Below are positions 7,821-14,810 of a DNA stretch of 21,751 bases, in pieces (within the stretch, counting starts at the first letter, position 1; every line of letters starts with the position of its first letter). A model generated the notes under the pieces. It ran no database searches, was not told the origin of the DNA, and worked only from the letters and a program-made list of their open reading frames with translations. The DNA comes from Thermodesulfobacteriota bacterium (GTDB lineage Bacteria; Desulfobacterota; Desulfobulbia; Desulfobulbales; SURF-16). The stretch covers positions 1 through 21,751 of the forward strand of contig JBDLIE010000045.1 in NCBI GenBank assembly GCA_039715015.1, in the 5' to 3' direction. The position numbers and the translations under genes are program-made.

Positions 7821-8504
7821 AAAGGGCCAGAGGATGTCCACCCCCTTGGCCAGCCAGCCAGGTTGCTGCTTGTCGCTCACCGCGCCCTCGCCGGAAATTT
7901 CAATGCGGGCATCAGCTATCTGGGAGGATTTGACCACGTTGTCTGGTGAAATATCGGCTGGGCGTATGAGACCGGAGAGGATGATGTGCTGGGTCTCGTT
8001 GTTGGTCTTCACTTCACGGTAGCCTTGGATGATCAAATTACCGTTCATGGTGACATCAATGACTCGGGCCGAGATCGTTGCAGTCATGGTGTTATCACGG
8101 GTGGTTTCCCCTTCGCCGTTGAAGTCGTTTTTCAGGCTGGCCCCCAAGGTTCTACTGTTAGGGGTATTCTCTCTGAGCTTGGCCCATTCGGCAAAACGAA
8201 AGAGGTAGGAGATGTCGCCACTGACGCTGGAGTCGCGGGTGGTCTCGGTGGTTGCCTCATGCGCTGAACTGGAGGTTTCAACAATAGTTACGGTGACGAT
8301 ATCCCCAACCTTGTGGGCCCGCTGATCGCGGTAGAGATCCATGGTGTGAGCCGAGAAGATAGACCCTTCTTCAGGCATGAGCCGTTCATTCTGAACAGGG
8401 GGCAGGGAGTGACGGGCCGGTAGAGCCGTGGAGCTGTTTTGTCCCGGTGGTATGCAGCCCCCTAAAAAACAGGAGATAAAAACAAGAAGAGAGGCTTTTT
8501 TCAT
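7818..8504 (-). CDS. flgH: Flagellar L-ring lipoprotein FlgH
   Basis: Lipobox FLGGC, DQRAHKVGDIVTVTIVE, LSGLIRPADISPDNVVKSSQIADARI, C-terminal QPGWL...WPF. Confidence 0.97.
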   Translation of the reverse strand: MKKASLLVFISCFLGGCIPPGQNSSTALPARHSLPPVQNERLMPEEGSIFSAHTMDLYRDQRAHKVGDIVTVTIVETSSSAHEATTETTRDSSVSGDISYLFRFAEWAKLRENTPNSRTLGASLKNDFNGEGETTRDNTMTATISARVIDVTMNGNLIIQGYREVKTNNETQHIILSGLIRPADISPDNVVKSSQIADARIEISGEGAVSDKQQPGWLAKGVDILWPF

Positions 8505-8518
8505 GGGGAGTTTCTCCT

Positions 8519-9244
8519 TTAAAAATCAACTTGAACAAGGCCATGACCAACGACCCTGGCCGTGATCATCTGTCGACTGCTGAGGTTTTTGACCTGAATA
8601 AGATCACCCTCGGCCCCTTGGCTGCGCGCTTCTCCCTTTGTGGAGATTCTTAGGGATTCGCTGTTGGCTTTGATTGTCACAAGATCACCCCGTTTGACCA
8701 GGGGCTGTTTCTTTAAATATTGTTTGAGGAGCACTGTGCCGGGTCTAAGGGATGTTCTGAGTCCCTTGTTAATGGCCTCCTCTGGGCTTGTTACCAATTC
8801 GTGGCTGAACATGGTGATATTGCGGCGCACCACGGCGATGTCGTCGCGACTAATAATATCTCTTCGTCCCAGGCGCCGGGTGAGGAGTACGACGTTGCCG
8901 AAGAGTTCAAGGTTGCCGCGCATTTTAATTTTTTTTCGGGGAGTGCCATCAACGGTGATAAAGACCGACAGAGATTTTTGTCCCAAATAGCGCCCGTGAT
9001 TCTGGTTAAGTATTTCGTAATCGATAACACCCATGGGCAGGGTGACCTGGGAGGGAGTGCTGGAAAAATTGCTCACCACCAGGTCTTCGGCAGGCCAAAC
9101 GCTGTTGTTGAGCTGGATGTCGGTGAAGATGGCTGCCAGTTCTTCGTGGTCAAGGGTGATGGTTTCCGCTGCTGCCTGCTGGCAGAAAAGCGCCAGGGCC
9201 AAGGTCAGCAAGAAAATCAGGGCTGTGAGACGACTTTTAAGCAT
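8519..9244 (-). CDS. flgA: Flagellar P-ring formation chaperone FlgA
   Basis: Signal peptide, SAF-like region, C-terminal LVKRGDLVTI...GEARSQGAEGDLIQVKNLSSRQMITARV. Confidence 0.92.
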   Translation of the reverse strand: MLKSRLTALIFLLTLALALFCQQAAAETITLDHEELAAIFTDIQLNNSVWPAEDLVVSNFSSTPSQVTLPMGVIDYEILNQNHGRYLGQKSLSVFITVDGTPRKKIKMRGNLELFGNVVLLTRRLGRRDIISRDDIAVVRRNITMFSHELVTSPEEAINKGLRTSLRPGTVLLKQYLKKQPLVKRGDLVTIKANSESLRISTKGEARSQGAEGDLIQVKNLSSRQMITARVVGHGLVQVDF

Positions 9245-9257
9245 GGGGCCACCTGGG

Positions 9258-10040
9258 TTATCTGACTAAATTGTTAGTGGTTTCCAGAAGCTGATCAGCG
9301 GTGCTGATACCCTTGGAATTAGCGTCAAAGGCCCGCTGGGTGACAATGAGATTCACCAGCTCTTCGGTTACAGAGACGTTGGAGAGCTCCAGAAAGCCCT
9401 GGGCCAAGGTGCCTGCAGCATCAGATCCCGGATTGGACTCTGTGGGGTCGCCGGAGGCCTCGGAGGGGAGATAATTGTTGCCGCCCGTGGCCTTGAGTCC
9501 ACCAGGGTTAACAAAGGTATGGACGGTAAGCTGGACAGAACCGAGGATCTGCTGGGCCGAATCCATGGCTGAAATCAAACCGCTGGAGTCGATTTCCAGG
9601 ATCACGGTGTCGTCAGGAATGGAAAATTCCGGCTGCAGGCGGTCACCGTTTTGAGTGACGATAAAGCCGTCGCTATCTTTGGTAAAGGCGCCGGCCCGGG
9701 TGTAAAGTTCAACACCATCGCGGACAATCTGGAAAAATCCTCTGCCCTCAATGGTTATATCAAGCTCGTTGTTCGTCTGGCTGAAATCGCCCTGGGTGAA
9801 TATTTTCTGGACGGTGGTGGTCCGGGTACCAAGGCCTATCTGGATACCGCTTGGTAACTGGCCGCCATCAACGGTCTCGGCACCGGCAGCCCGCAAATTC
9901 TGATAGATGAGGTCTTCGAACTGGGCCCGGCTCTTTTTAAAGCCGGTGGTGTTGACGTTGGCCAAGTTGTTGGAAGTAACGTCAAGCTGCAGTTCTTGAG
10001 CATTCATGCCTGTCTGGGAGGTGTAAAGTGCCCGAATCAT
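9258..10040 (-). CDS. flgG: Flagellar distal rod protein FlgG
   Basis: SNNLANVNTTGFKKSRAQFEDLIYQ, YTRAGAF, QGFLELSNVSVTEELVNLIVTQRAFDANSK; 260 aa. Confidence 0.97.
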   Translation of the reverse strand: MIRALYTSQTGMNAQELQLDVTSNNLANVNTTGFKKSRAQFEDLIYQNLRAAGAETVDGGQLPSGIQIGLGTRTTTVQKIFTQGDFSQTNNELDITIEGRGFFQIVRDGVELYTRAGAFTKDSDGFIVTQNGDRLQPEFSIPDDTVILEIDSSGLISAMDSAQQILGSVQLTVHTFVNPGGLKATGGNNYLPSEASGDPTESNPGSDAAGTLAQGFLELSNVSVTEELVNLIVTQRAFDANSKGISTADQLLETTNNLVR

Positions 10041-10066
10041 GGGATTCTCCTTAAAAAATTATAAAT

Positions 10067-10795
10067 CTAACTGTTTAATCTGCCTACTCTGCTGATGGCT
10101 TTGTCGTCCATATCATCGATAGTGCGCACCAGGCGCTGCTGGGTCTGATAGGCGCGGTTGATGTCAATCATGGCGGTGAGTTCCTTCATGGTGCTGACGT
10201 TTGATTTTTCCAGGTAGCCCTGTTTGACGCTGAAGTTTTGGGCAGGTTCTTCCTGGCTCTCGCCGCTGATGGCGAAAAGATTTTGGCCCTGTTTTTCCAG
10301 GTCGGCCAGATTGGCAAAGGTGACAATGGCCAGAACGCCTACCTGCTGGTTGTCCACGCTGATGCTGCCTTTATCGTCCACGGAGATTTTTTCACCATCG
10401 ACCAGAATGGGGCCGCCGTCACCAAGTACCAGATGGCCGTTTGGGGTTATGAGCTGGCCTTCGTTATTGGCCAGAAACTGGCCGGCCCTTGTGTAGCGCA
10501 CCCCTCCTGGGGTTTGGATTTTAAAAAAACCATTGCCGCCAATGGCAAAATCAAGGCTGTTTCCCGTTTCTTCAATAGCTCCGGGCTGCATGTCCGTAAC
10601 GTCGTGGATGGCTTTGCCCACCCGGGGGCGTTGATGGTCGGTTTTGTAAAGCATCTCCCAGAAGGTGATATCTTCCTTCTTGTAGCCGGCAGTATCGACA
10701 TTGGCCAGATTGTTGGTGATCTGGTTGAGGCGCCGGGTCTGGGCCAGCATGGTTTCCGCGCTTTCAACAAGACCGAGACGGTTCTGGATGTACAT
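10067..10795 (-). CDS. flgF: Flagellar proximal rod protein FlgF (start moved to ATG 10795)
   Basis: NNLANVDTAGYKK, TGNSLDFAIGGNGFF, YTRAGQF, QGYLEKSNV. The GGAGGAG SD (10799-10805) precedes ATG 10795, favouring it over the TTG at 10807. Confidence 0.9.
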   Translation of the reverse strand: MYIQNRLGLVESAETMLAQTRRLNQITNNLANVDTAGYKKEDITFWEMLYKTDHQRPRVGKAIHDVTDMQPGAIEETGNSLDFAIGGNGFFKIQTPGGVRYTRAGQFLANNEGQLITPNGHLVLGDGGPILVDGEKISVDDKGSISVDNQQVGVLAIVTFANLADLEKQGQNLFAISGESQEEPAQNFSVKQGYLEKSNVSTMKELTAMIDINRAYQTQQRLVRTIDDMDDKAISRVGRLNS

Positions 10796-10883
10796 ACTCT
10801 CCTCCAAGCCATATCTCCCACCCGAAGAGGGGGCGCAAGGATATGGCGGATTATTGACGTAAATTTGACACTGCTTTCAGTGT

Positions 10884-10899
10884 TGCAATGGCCGTGCCA
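10884..10899 (-). promoter_or_regulatory. Sigma54 promoter for flgF-flgG-flgA-flgH
   Basis: Minus strand TGGCACGGCCATTGCA, an essentially perfect match to TGGCACG-N4-TTGCW. Confidence 0.9.
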
Positions 10900-11067
10900 T
10901 AGTAGGGAATGGGGGTAAAGGGGAGGCCGGCGAACAGGACTCTTTTGAAAAGGTGCAGTGTTTTTAGCAGGTTGCGTCTGGCTTGGGGGTGGGGAGCTGG
11001 AAAAGCGAGAAACTAAAACAATGGAAGAGGGCGGAAGAAAATTCCCGGCTTTGTGTCCGTTTTTTGA

Positions 11068-11367
11068 CTATGGGGAGGGGCGGGGTTTGCCGGCCTCATC
11101 ATTGGCCCGATAGATAAAGGCGAGAATCTCGGCAACGAGGAGGTAGGTCTCAGCCGGGATCTCTTCGCCTGGGTCGAGTTTGGCCAGCACCTCCACCAGA
11201 TCCTTGTCCTCATGGATGGGGATGTTGTGCTCTTTGGCCAGTTCCAAAATCTGTTCGGCCACCAAGCCCAGACCCTTGCCGATAAGGCGGGGCGCCTGTT
11301 CCTGTTCAGGGTCGTAGCGCAGGGCAACGGCTTTTTTGGTTTGTTTGTCGGAATCGTGGTCAGTCAT
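11068..11367 (-). CDS. Stand-alone FlhB C-terminal-like protein (EscU/YscU/HrcU family switch-domain homologue)
   Basis: KAVALRYD...APRLIGKGLGLVAEQILELAKEHNIPIHED..LVEVL...EEIPAETYLLVAEILAFIY, matching the post-cleavage C-terminal part of FlhB. Confidence 0.9.
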   Translation of the reverse strand: MTDHDSDKQTKKAVALRYDPEQEQAPRLIGKGLGLVAEQILELAKEHNIPIHEDKDLVEVLAKLDPGEEIPAETYLLVAEILAFIYRANDEAGKPRPSP

Positions 11368-11442
11368 GGCGAATAACCGGGCGCTCCCGGTGAAAAAATC
11401 AAAGTTAAGGAATGCTCAACAACCAGGGATCGGGTATGGTTT

Positions 11443-12153
11443 ATGACCATGATACTCCATGATCTTCAGCCGGCAACATTTATAAAAAGGTATAAACGTT
11501 TTCTGGTGGATGTTGAAAGGCCTGACGGCACAATTTTGACCGTGCATTGCCCCAATACCGGCTCCATGCGGGGCTGCCTTAATCCTGGTAACAGGGTCAT
11601 GATATCACGTTCGGACAATGCAAAACGGAAGTACCCTCATACCCTTGAGCTCATTGAGGTAGAGGGCTGCTGGGTGGGGATTAATACCATGCGGACCAAT
11701 CATCTGGTCCGCGAGGCTCTTGAGAAGGGCCTTGTTGCCGAGTTGGGCCAGGTGGACCGGATTCAGCCTGAGGTGAAGGTTTCCAAGCGGAGCCGCCTTG
11801 ACTTCTTGGTGAGTAAGGGCGAGGAAAAGATCTACATTGAGGTGAAGAACTGTACCCTGGTTGAGGATGGAAAGGCCATGTTTCCCGATGCCGTTACCGC
11901 CCGGGGCACAAAGCATCTTGAGGAGCTGGCCGATCTGCTGGGGCCGGGGGTACGGGCCATGATATTTTTTTGTGTGCAGGGGCAGGACGGCGATTTTTTT
12001 GCCCCTGCCGATCATATCGATCCGCTTTACGCAGAGACCTTGCGTAAGGTGGTTGAGCAAGGGGTTGAGGTGGTGGCCTACCAGGCCCAGGTTCAACCCC
12101 CGGAAGTTGTAATAAAGCAAGGTATGCCGGTGAGTATAGAGCGTAATGACTAA
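11443..12153 (+). CDS. sfsA: DNA/RNA nuclease SfsA (sugar fermentation stimulation protein)
   Basis: FIKRYKRFLVDV, HCPNTGSM, SRLDFL, YIEVKNCTL, FPDAVTARGTKHL. The start may be 11449. Confidence 0.95.
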   Translation: MTMILHDLQPATFIKRYKRFLVDVERPDGTILTVHCPNTGSMRGCLNPGNRVMISRSDNAKRKYPHTLELIEVEGCWVGINTMRTNHLVREALEKGLVAELGQVDRIQPEVKVSKRSRLDFLVSKGEEKIYIEVKNCTLVEDGKAMFPDAVTARGTKHLEELADLLGPGVRAMIFFCVQGQDGDFFAPADHIDPLYAETLRKVVEQGVEVVAYQAQVQPPEVVIKQGMPVSIERND

Positions 12154-12862
12154 CAAGAAGGAAAAGGCGGTTATTTTACTGAGTGGCGGTCTGGATTCAA
12201 CAACGGTACTGGCCATTGCCCGCAATCAGGGTTTTGCCTGTTATTGCCTTAGTTTCTCCTATGGCCAGCGACAAAGTATCGAGCTGGAAAAGGCCCGGAT
12301 GAATGCCGATAAATTAGGGGCTGCCAAACACCTGGTCTTGAATCTTGATCTTGATAAGATCGGCGGTTCAGCCCTGACCACGGACCTGGCTGTCCCTAAG
12401 ATGCGTTCCGAGGAGGAGATCGGCCACGGGGAACTCCCTGTGACCTATGTGCCGGCCCGCAATACCATTTTTCTTGGCCATGCTGTGGCCTGGGCTGAGG
12501 TGATCGGCGCTTTTGATATTTTTGTGGGGGTCAATGCTTTGGATTATAGCGGCTATCCCGACTGTCGGCCCCAGTTTCTGACCGCTATGGAGGAGGTGGC
12601 CAACCTCGGCACCCAGGCCGGAATCAGCGTTGGCCGCCGTTTTCAAATCCATGCACCGCTCATGAAGCTCACCAAAAAAGAGATTGTCGAAAAAGGGATG
12701 GCATTGGGTGTTGATTACTCATGCACCCATAGCTGTTATGACCCCGGTCCTGACGGACTTTCCTGCGGTATGTGCGACGCCTGTCTCCTGCGCCTCAAAG
12801 GTTTTCGCGAGGCTGGCTTTGAAGATCCCCTTGCCTATCAGACCCAGGAGGGTGACCAATGA
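12146..12862 (+). CDS. queC: 7-cyano-7-deazaguanine synthase QueC
   Basis: LLSGGLDSTT PP-loop, TYVPARNTIFL, DYSGYPDCR, and the zinc site SCY...CGMCDAC. Confidence 0.96.
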   Translation: MTNKKEKAVILLSGGLDSTTVLAIARNQGFACYCLSFSYGQRQSIELEKARMNADKLGAAKHLVLNLDLDKIGGSALTTDLAVPKMRSEEEIGHGELPVTYVPARNTIFLGHAVAWAEVIGAFDIFVGVNALDYSGYPDCRPQFLTAMEEVANLGTQAGISVGRRFQIHAPLMKLTKKEIVEKGMALGVDYSCTHSCYDPGPDGLSCGMCDACLLRLKGFREAGFEDPLAYQTQEGDQ

Positions 12863-13869
12863 GCCTGTCCCTGGCCGACCTTGGATCGCTATTTATGGCT
12901 GGTCTTCCTGGATATGACCTGGATGATTCCACCCGTTATCTCATCGACAAATATGGCGTGAATCACTTCATTTTCTTCAAACGCAACGTTGAGAGTGAGG
13001 CACAGCTATCGCGTTTGAGTAAAGATCTCATCGGATATTGCCGGAAAAAGGGGTTGGCTGAACCCTTAATTTCCATTGACCAGGAGGGGGGCACGGTGGC
13101 CCGCCTTCCTGAGCCCTTTGTCCAATTTGCCGATGCCAGGGTGTATGCGGACGGCCCAGATGCCCGGCGTGATCTCCAGGAGTATGCCCGTCTCTGTGGT
13201 CGTGACCTGCAGAAGGTCGGGGTCAATATGAATTTTGCCCCGGTTCTTGACGTCTGTCCACATGGGCAAGGTTGTTTTATGGAGCACCGCAGCCTGGGTG
13301 CAGATCCTCAGCGGGTGGCGGAGTTGGGCGTTCTTATTATTGATGCCTTTCAAAACAAGGGAATCGCTGCCTGCGCCAAACATTTTCCTGGCCTGGGTGA
13401 GGCGGTTATCGACCCCCACCTCCATCTGCCTGTTGTCAGTGACTCCTGGCAGAAAATAAAGGACTGTGATCTCCTTCCTTTCCAGGCAGCTATCAAGGCC
13501 GGTGTTGCCTCTGTCATGACCTCCCACGTCCTCTACCAGGACATAGACCCTGAAAATCTTGCCACCTTTTCGTCAAAGATCCTCACCGATCTGCTCCGCC
13601 ATCAATTGGGCTATGATGGCATGGTGGTCACCGATGACCTGGAGATGGGAGCGGTGGAAAATGATATCGGCGTGCCGGAGGCCTCTGTGCGGGCCTTTAA
13701 GGCAGGTGTTGATCTGCTGCTTATCTGCCATGATCACGGCAAGGTGAAAGAGGCGGTTTCCCTGCTCCATCAGGCGTACTTGAACAAAGAGGTCTCTAAA
13801 GAGCGGCTGCAGCAATCTTTTTTACGAATAAATAAGGTGAGCGGTTGTTTTCTGAGAAATGGTGCTTAA
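12859..13869 (+). CDS. nagZ: Beta-N-acetylhexosaminidase (GH3)
   Basis: IDQEGGTVAR, NFAPVLDV, KHFPGLG...DPH (acid/base His), TDDLEMGA (nucleophile Asp). ATGA overlap with queC. Confidence 0.93.
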   Translation: MSLSLADLGSLFMAGLPGYDLDDSTRYLIDKYGVNHFIFFKRNVESEAQLSRLSKDLIGYCRKKGLAEPLISIDQEGGTVARLPEPFVQFADARVYADGPDARRDLQEYARLCGRDLQKVGVNMNFAPVLDVCPHGQGCFMEHRSLGADPQRVAELGVLIIDAFQNKGIAACAKHFPGLGEAVIDPHLHLPVVSDSWQKIKDCDLLPFQAAIKAGVASVMTSHVLYQDIDPENLATFSSKILTDLLRHQLGYDGMVVTDDLEMGAVENDIGVPEASVRAFKAGVDLLLICHDHGKVKEAVSLLHQAYLNKEVSKERLQQSFLRINKVSGCFLRNGA

Positions 13870-13890
13870 ATTTTTTAGTCCAAAGAGTTT

Positions 13891-13928
13891 TTCTTTGTTT
13901 TCAGGTGGTTACCTGGAAGACAGAGAGA
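13891..13928. terminator. Long imperfect hairpin after nagZ (possible terminator or stabiliser)
   Basis: TTCTTTGTTTTCAGGT-GGTT-ACCTGGAAGACAGAGAGA pairs over about 16 bp with several G-U pairs and one bulge. No adjacent downstream U-tract. Confidence 0.35.
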
Positions 13929-14127
13929 ATGCTGGAAGAGGATTTTTTTTTTAAGTATAGTTTAAGAGAGGGGTACGAAAGGTGATCTGATATCTCTTTT
14001 CCCCTCTGTTTCAGGCTTCCTTCTGGAAGTCTTTATGTCACGGCGACCTGCAGTGACAGGTCGTCACGACGTTCCATGGACAATGGGAGATTTATTTCCA
14101 TGTCTAACCCATTATCAGGAGGTGTGT

Positions 14128-14661
14128 ATGGAACTAAAGGTTGAAGGCTTGAATCTTAAGGTAAGAAACTCATGGCGTGAAAAAATTGCAGAGGAACGGG
14201 AGCGGTTGGAGAGGCATCATGCAGCCCTCGTCCATAATCTGCGAATCACCATTGAGCAGACGTCCTCACACAAGGAGGGCGGCCATGAAGTACGACTGAT
14301 TGCCGGAGTACCCAATGACACGGTGGTTGTCAAACGTAAGGGAGAGTCGGTCCGGCCCATACTTGTCGAAGCTTTTGATACACTGGGCCTACAGCTTAAG
14401 GAGCTTCAGCGTAGACGTAGACAGAGCCATAAACATCATGAGCCAGGCCCTGCAGGAAGTGCTGGGCTCGGGGTGATCAAAAACGTTTCCCCCTATGAGT
14501 CCTATGGCTTTATTCTGGCTGCTGATGGCCGGGAGGTTTATTTTCACGAAAACTCCCTCAAAGGCCTGCAGATAGATGATCTTTCCGAAGGAGACGCCGT
14601 CACCTTTGGTGAGACAGCCGGAGATAAAGGCCCTCAAGCCACGTGGGTGCGGACAGTCTAA
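14128..14661 (+). CDS. HPF/RaiA ribosome-associated domain fused to a C-terminal cold-shock domain (177 aa; start moved to 14128)
   Basis: AGGAGG SD at 14117-14122 precedes ATG 14128. N-terminus MELKVEGLNL...EAFDTLGLQLKEL fits the S30AE/HPF pattern. C-terminus has CSD RNP1/RNP2 motifs YGFI and VYFH plus GDKGPQATWV. Confidence 0.85.
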   Translation: MELKVEGLNLKVRNSWREKIAEERERLERHHAALVHNLRITIEQTSSHKEGGHEVRLIAGVPNDTVVVKRKGESVRPILVEAFDTLGLQLKELQRRRRQSHKHHEPGPAGSAGLGVIKNVSPYESYGFILAADGREVYFHENSLKGLQIDDLSEGDAVTFGETAGDKGPQATWVRTV

Positions 14662-14710
14662 AATTCCTTTGTCCTTTCTCTAAGGACTGTCGTTTTTAGT
14701 AGAAATCTCC

Positions 14711-14760
14711 ACCGGGCTTGTTTAAGGTTGCATATCCTTAAACAAGCCCGGTTTTTATTT
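14711..14760 (+). terminator. Rho-independent terminator
   Basis: Perfect 17-bp stem ACCGGGCTTGTTTAAGG / CCTTAAACAAGCCCGGT, 8-nt loop, followed by TTTTATTT. Confidence 0.88.
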
Positions 14761-14810
14761 GCCCTTCTGATAAGCAGTGCAAGGAAAGAACAATAAAAGA
14801 AAAGAGAGTC

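Noticed and set aside
7306..7933. Small ORFs (61-121 aa) across the flgH-flgI gap
   Set aside because: No recognisable protein motifs. They run through the promoter, the palindrome and the MITE-like element, which explain the region better.
8929..8936. A8 run in the flgA coding strand as a phase-variation tract
   Set aside because: Short, explained by Arg-Lys-Lys-Ile codons, and the frame is intact.
12146..12862. QueC as part of a defence system (QatABCD, type IV CBASS, Dpd)
   Set aside because: Canonical length and motifs, with no partner ATPase, TatD, cyclase or TGT-like gene in the window. No room for a preQ1 riboswitch because it overlaps sfsA.
14035..14127. 31-codon N-terminal extension of the HPF-CSD ORF given in the track
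   Set aside because: No SD at 14035, a strong SD precedes 14128, and the HPF domain begins at 14128.
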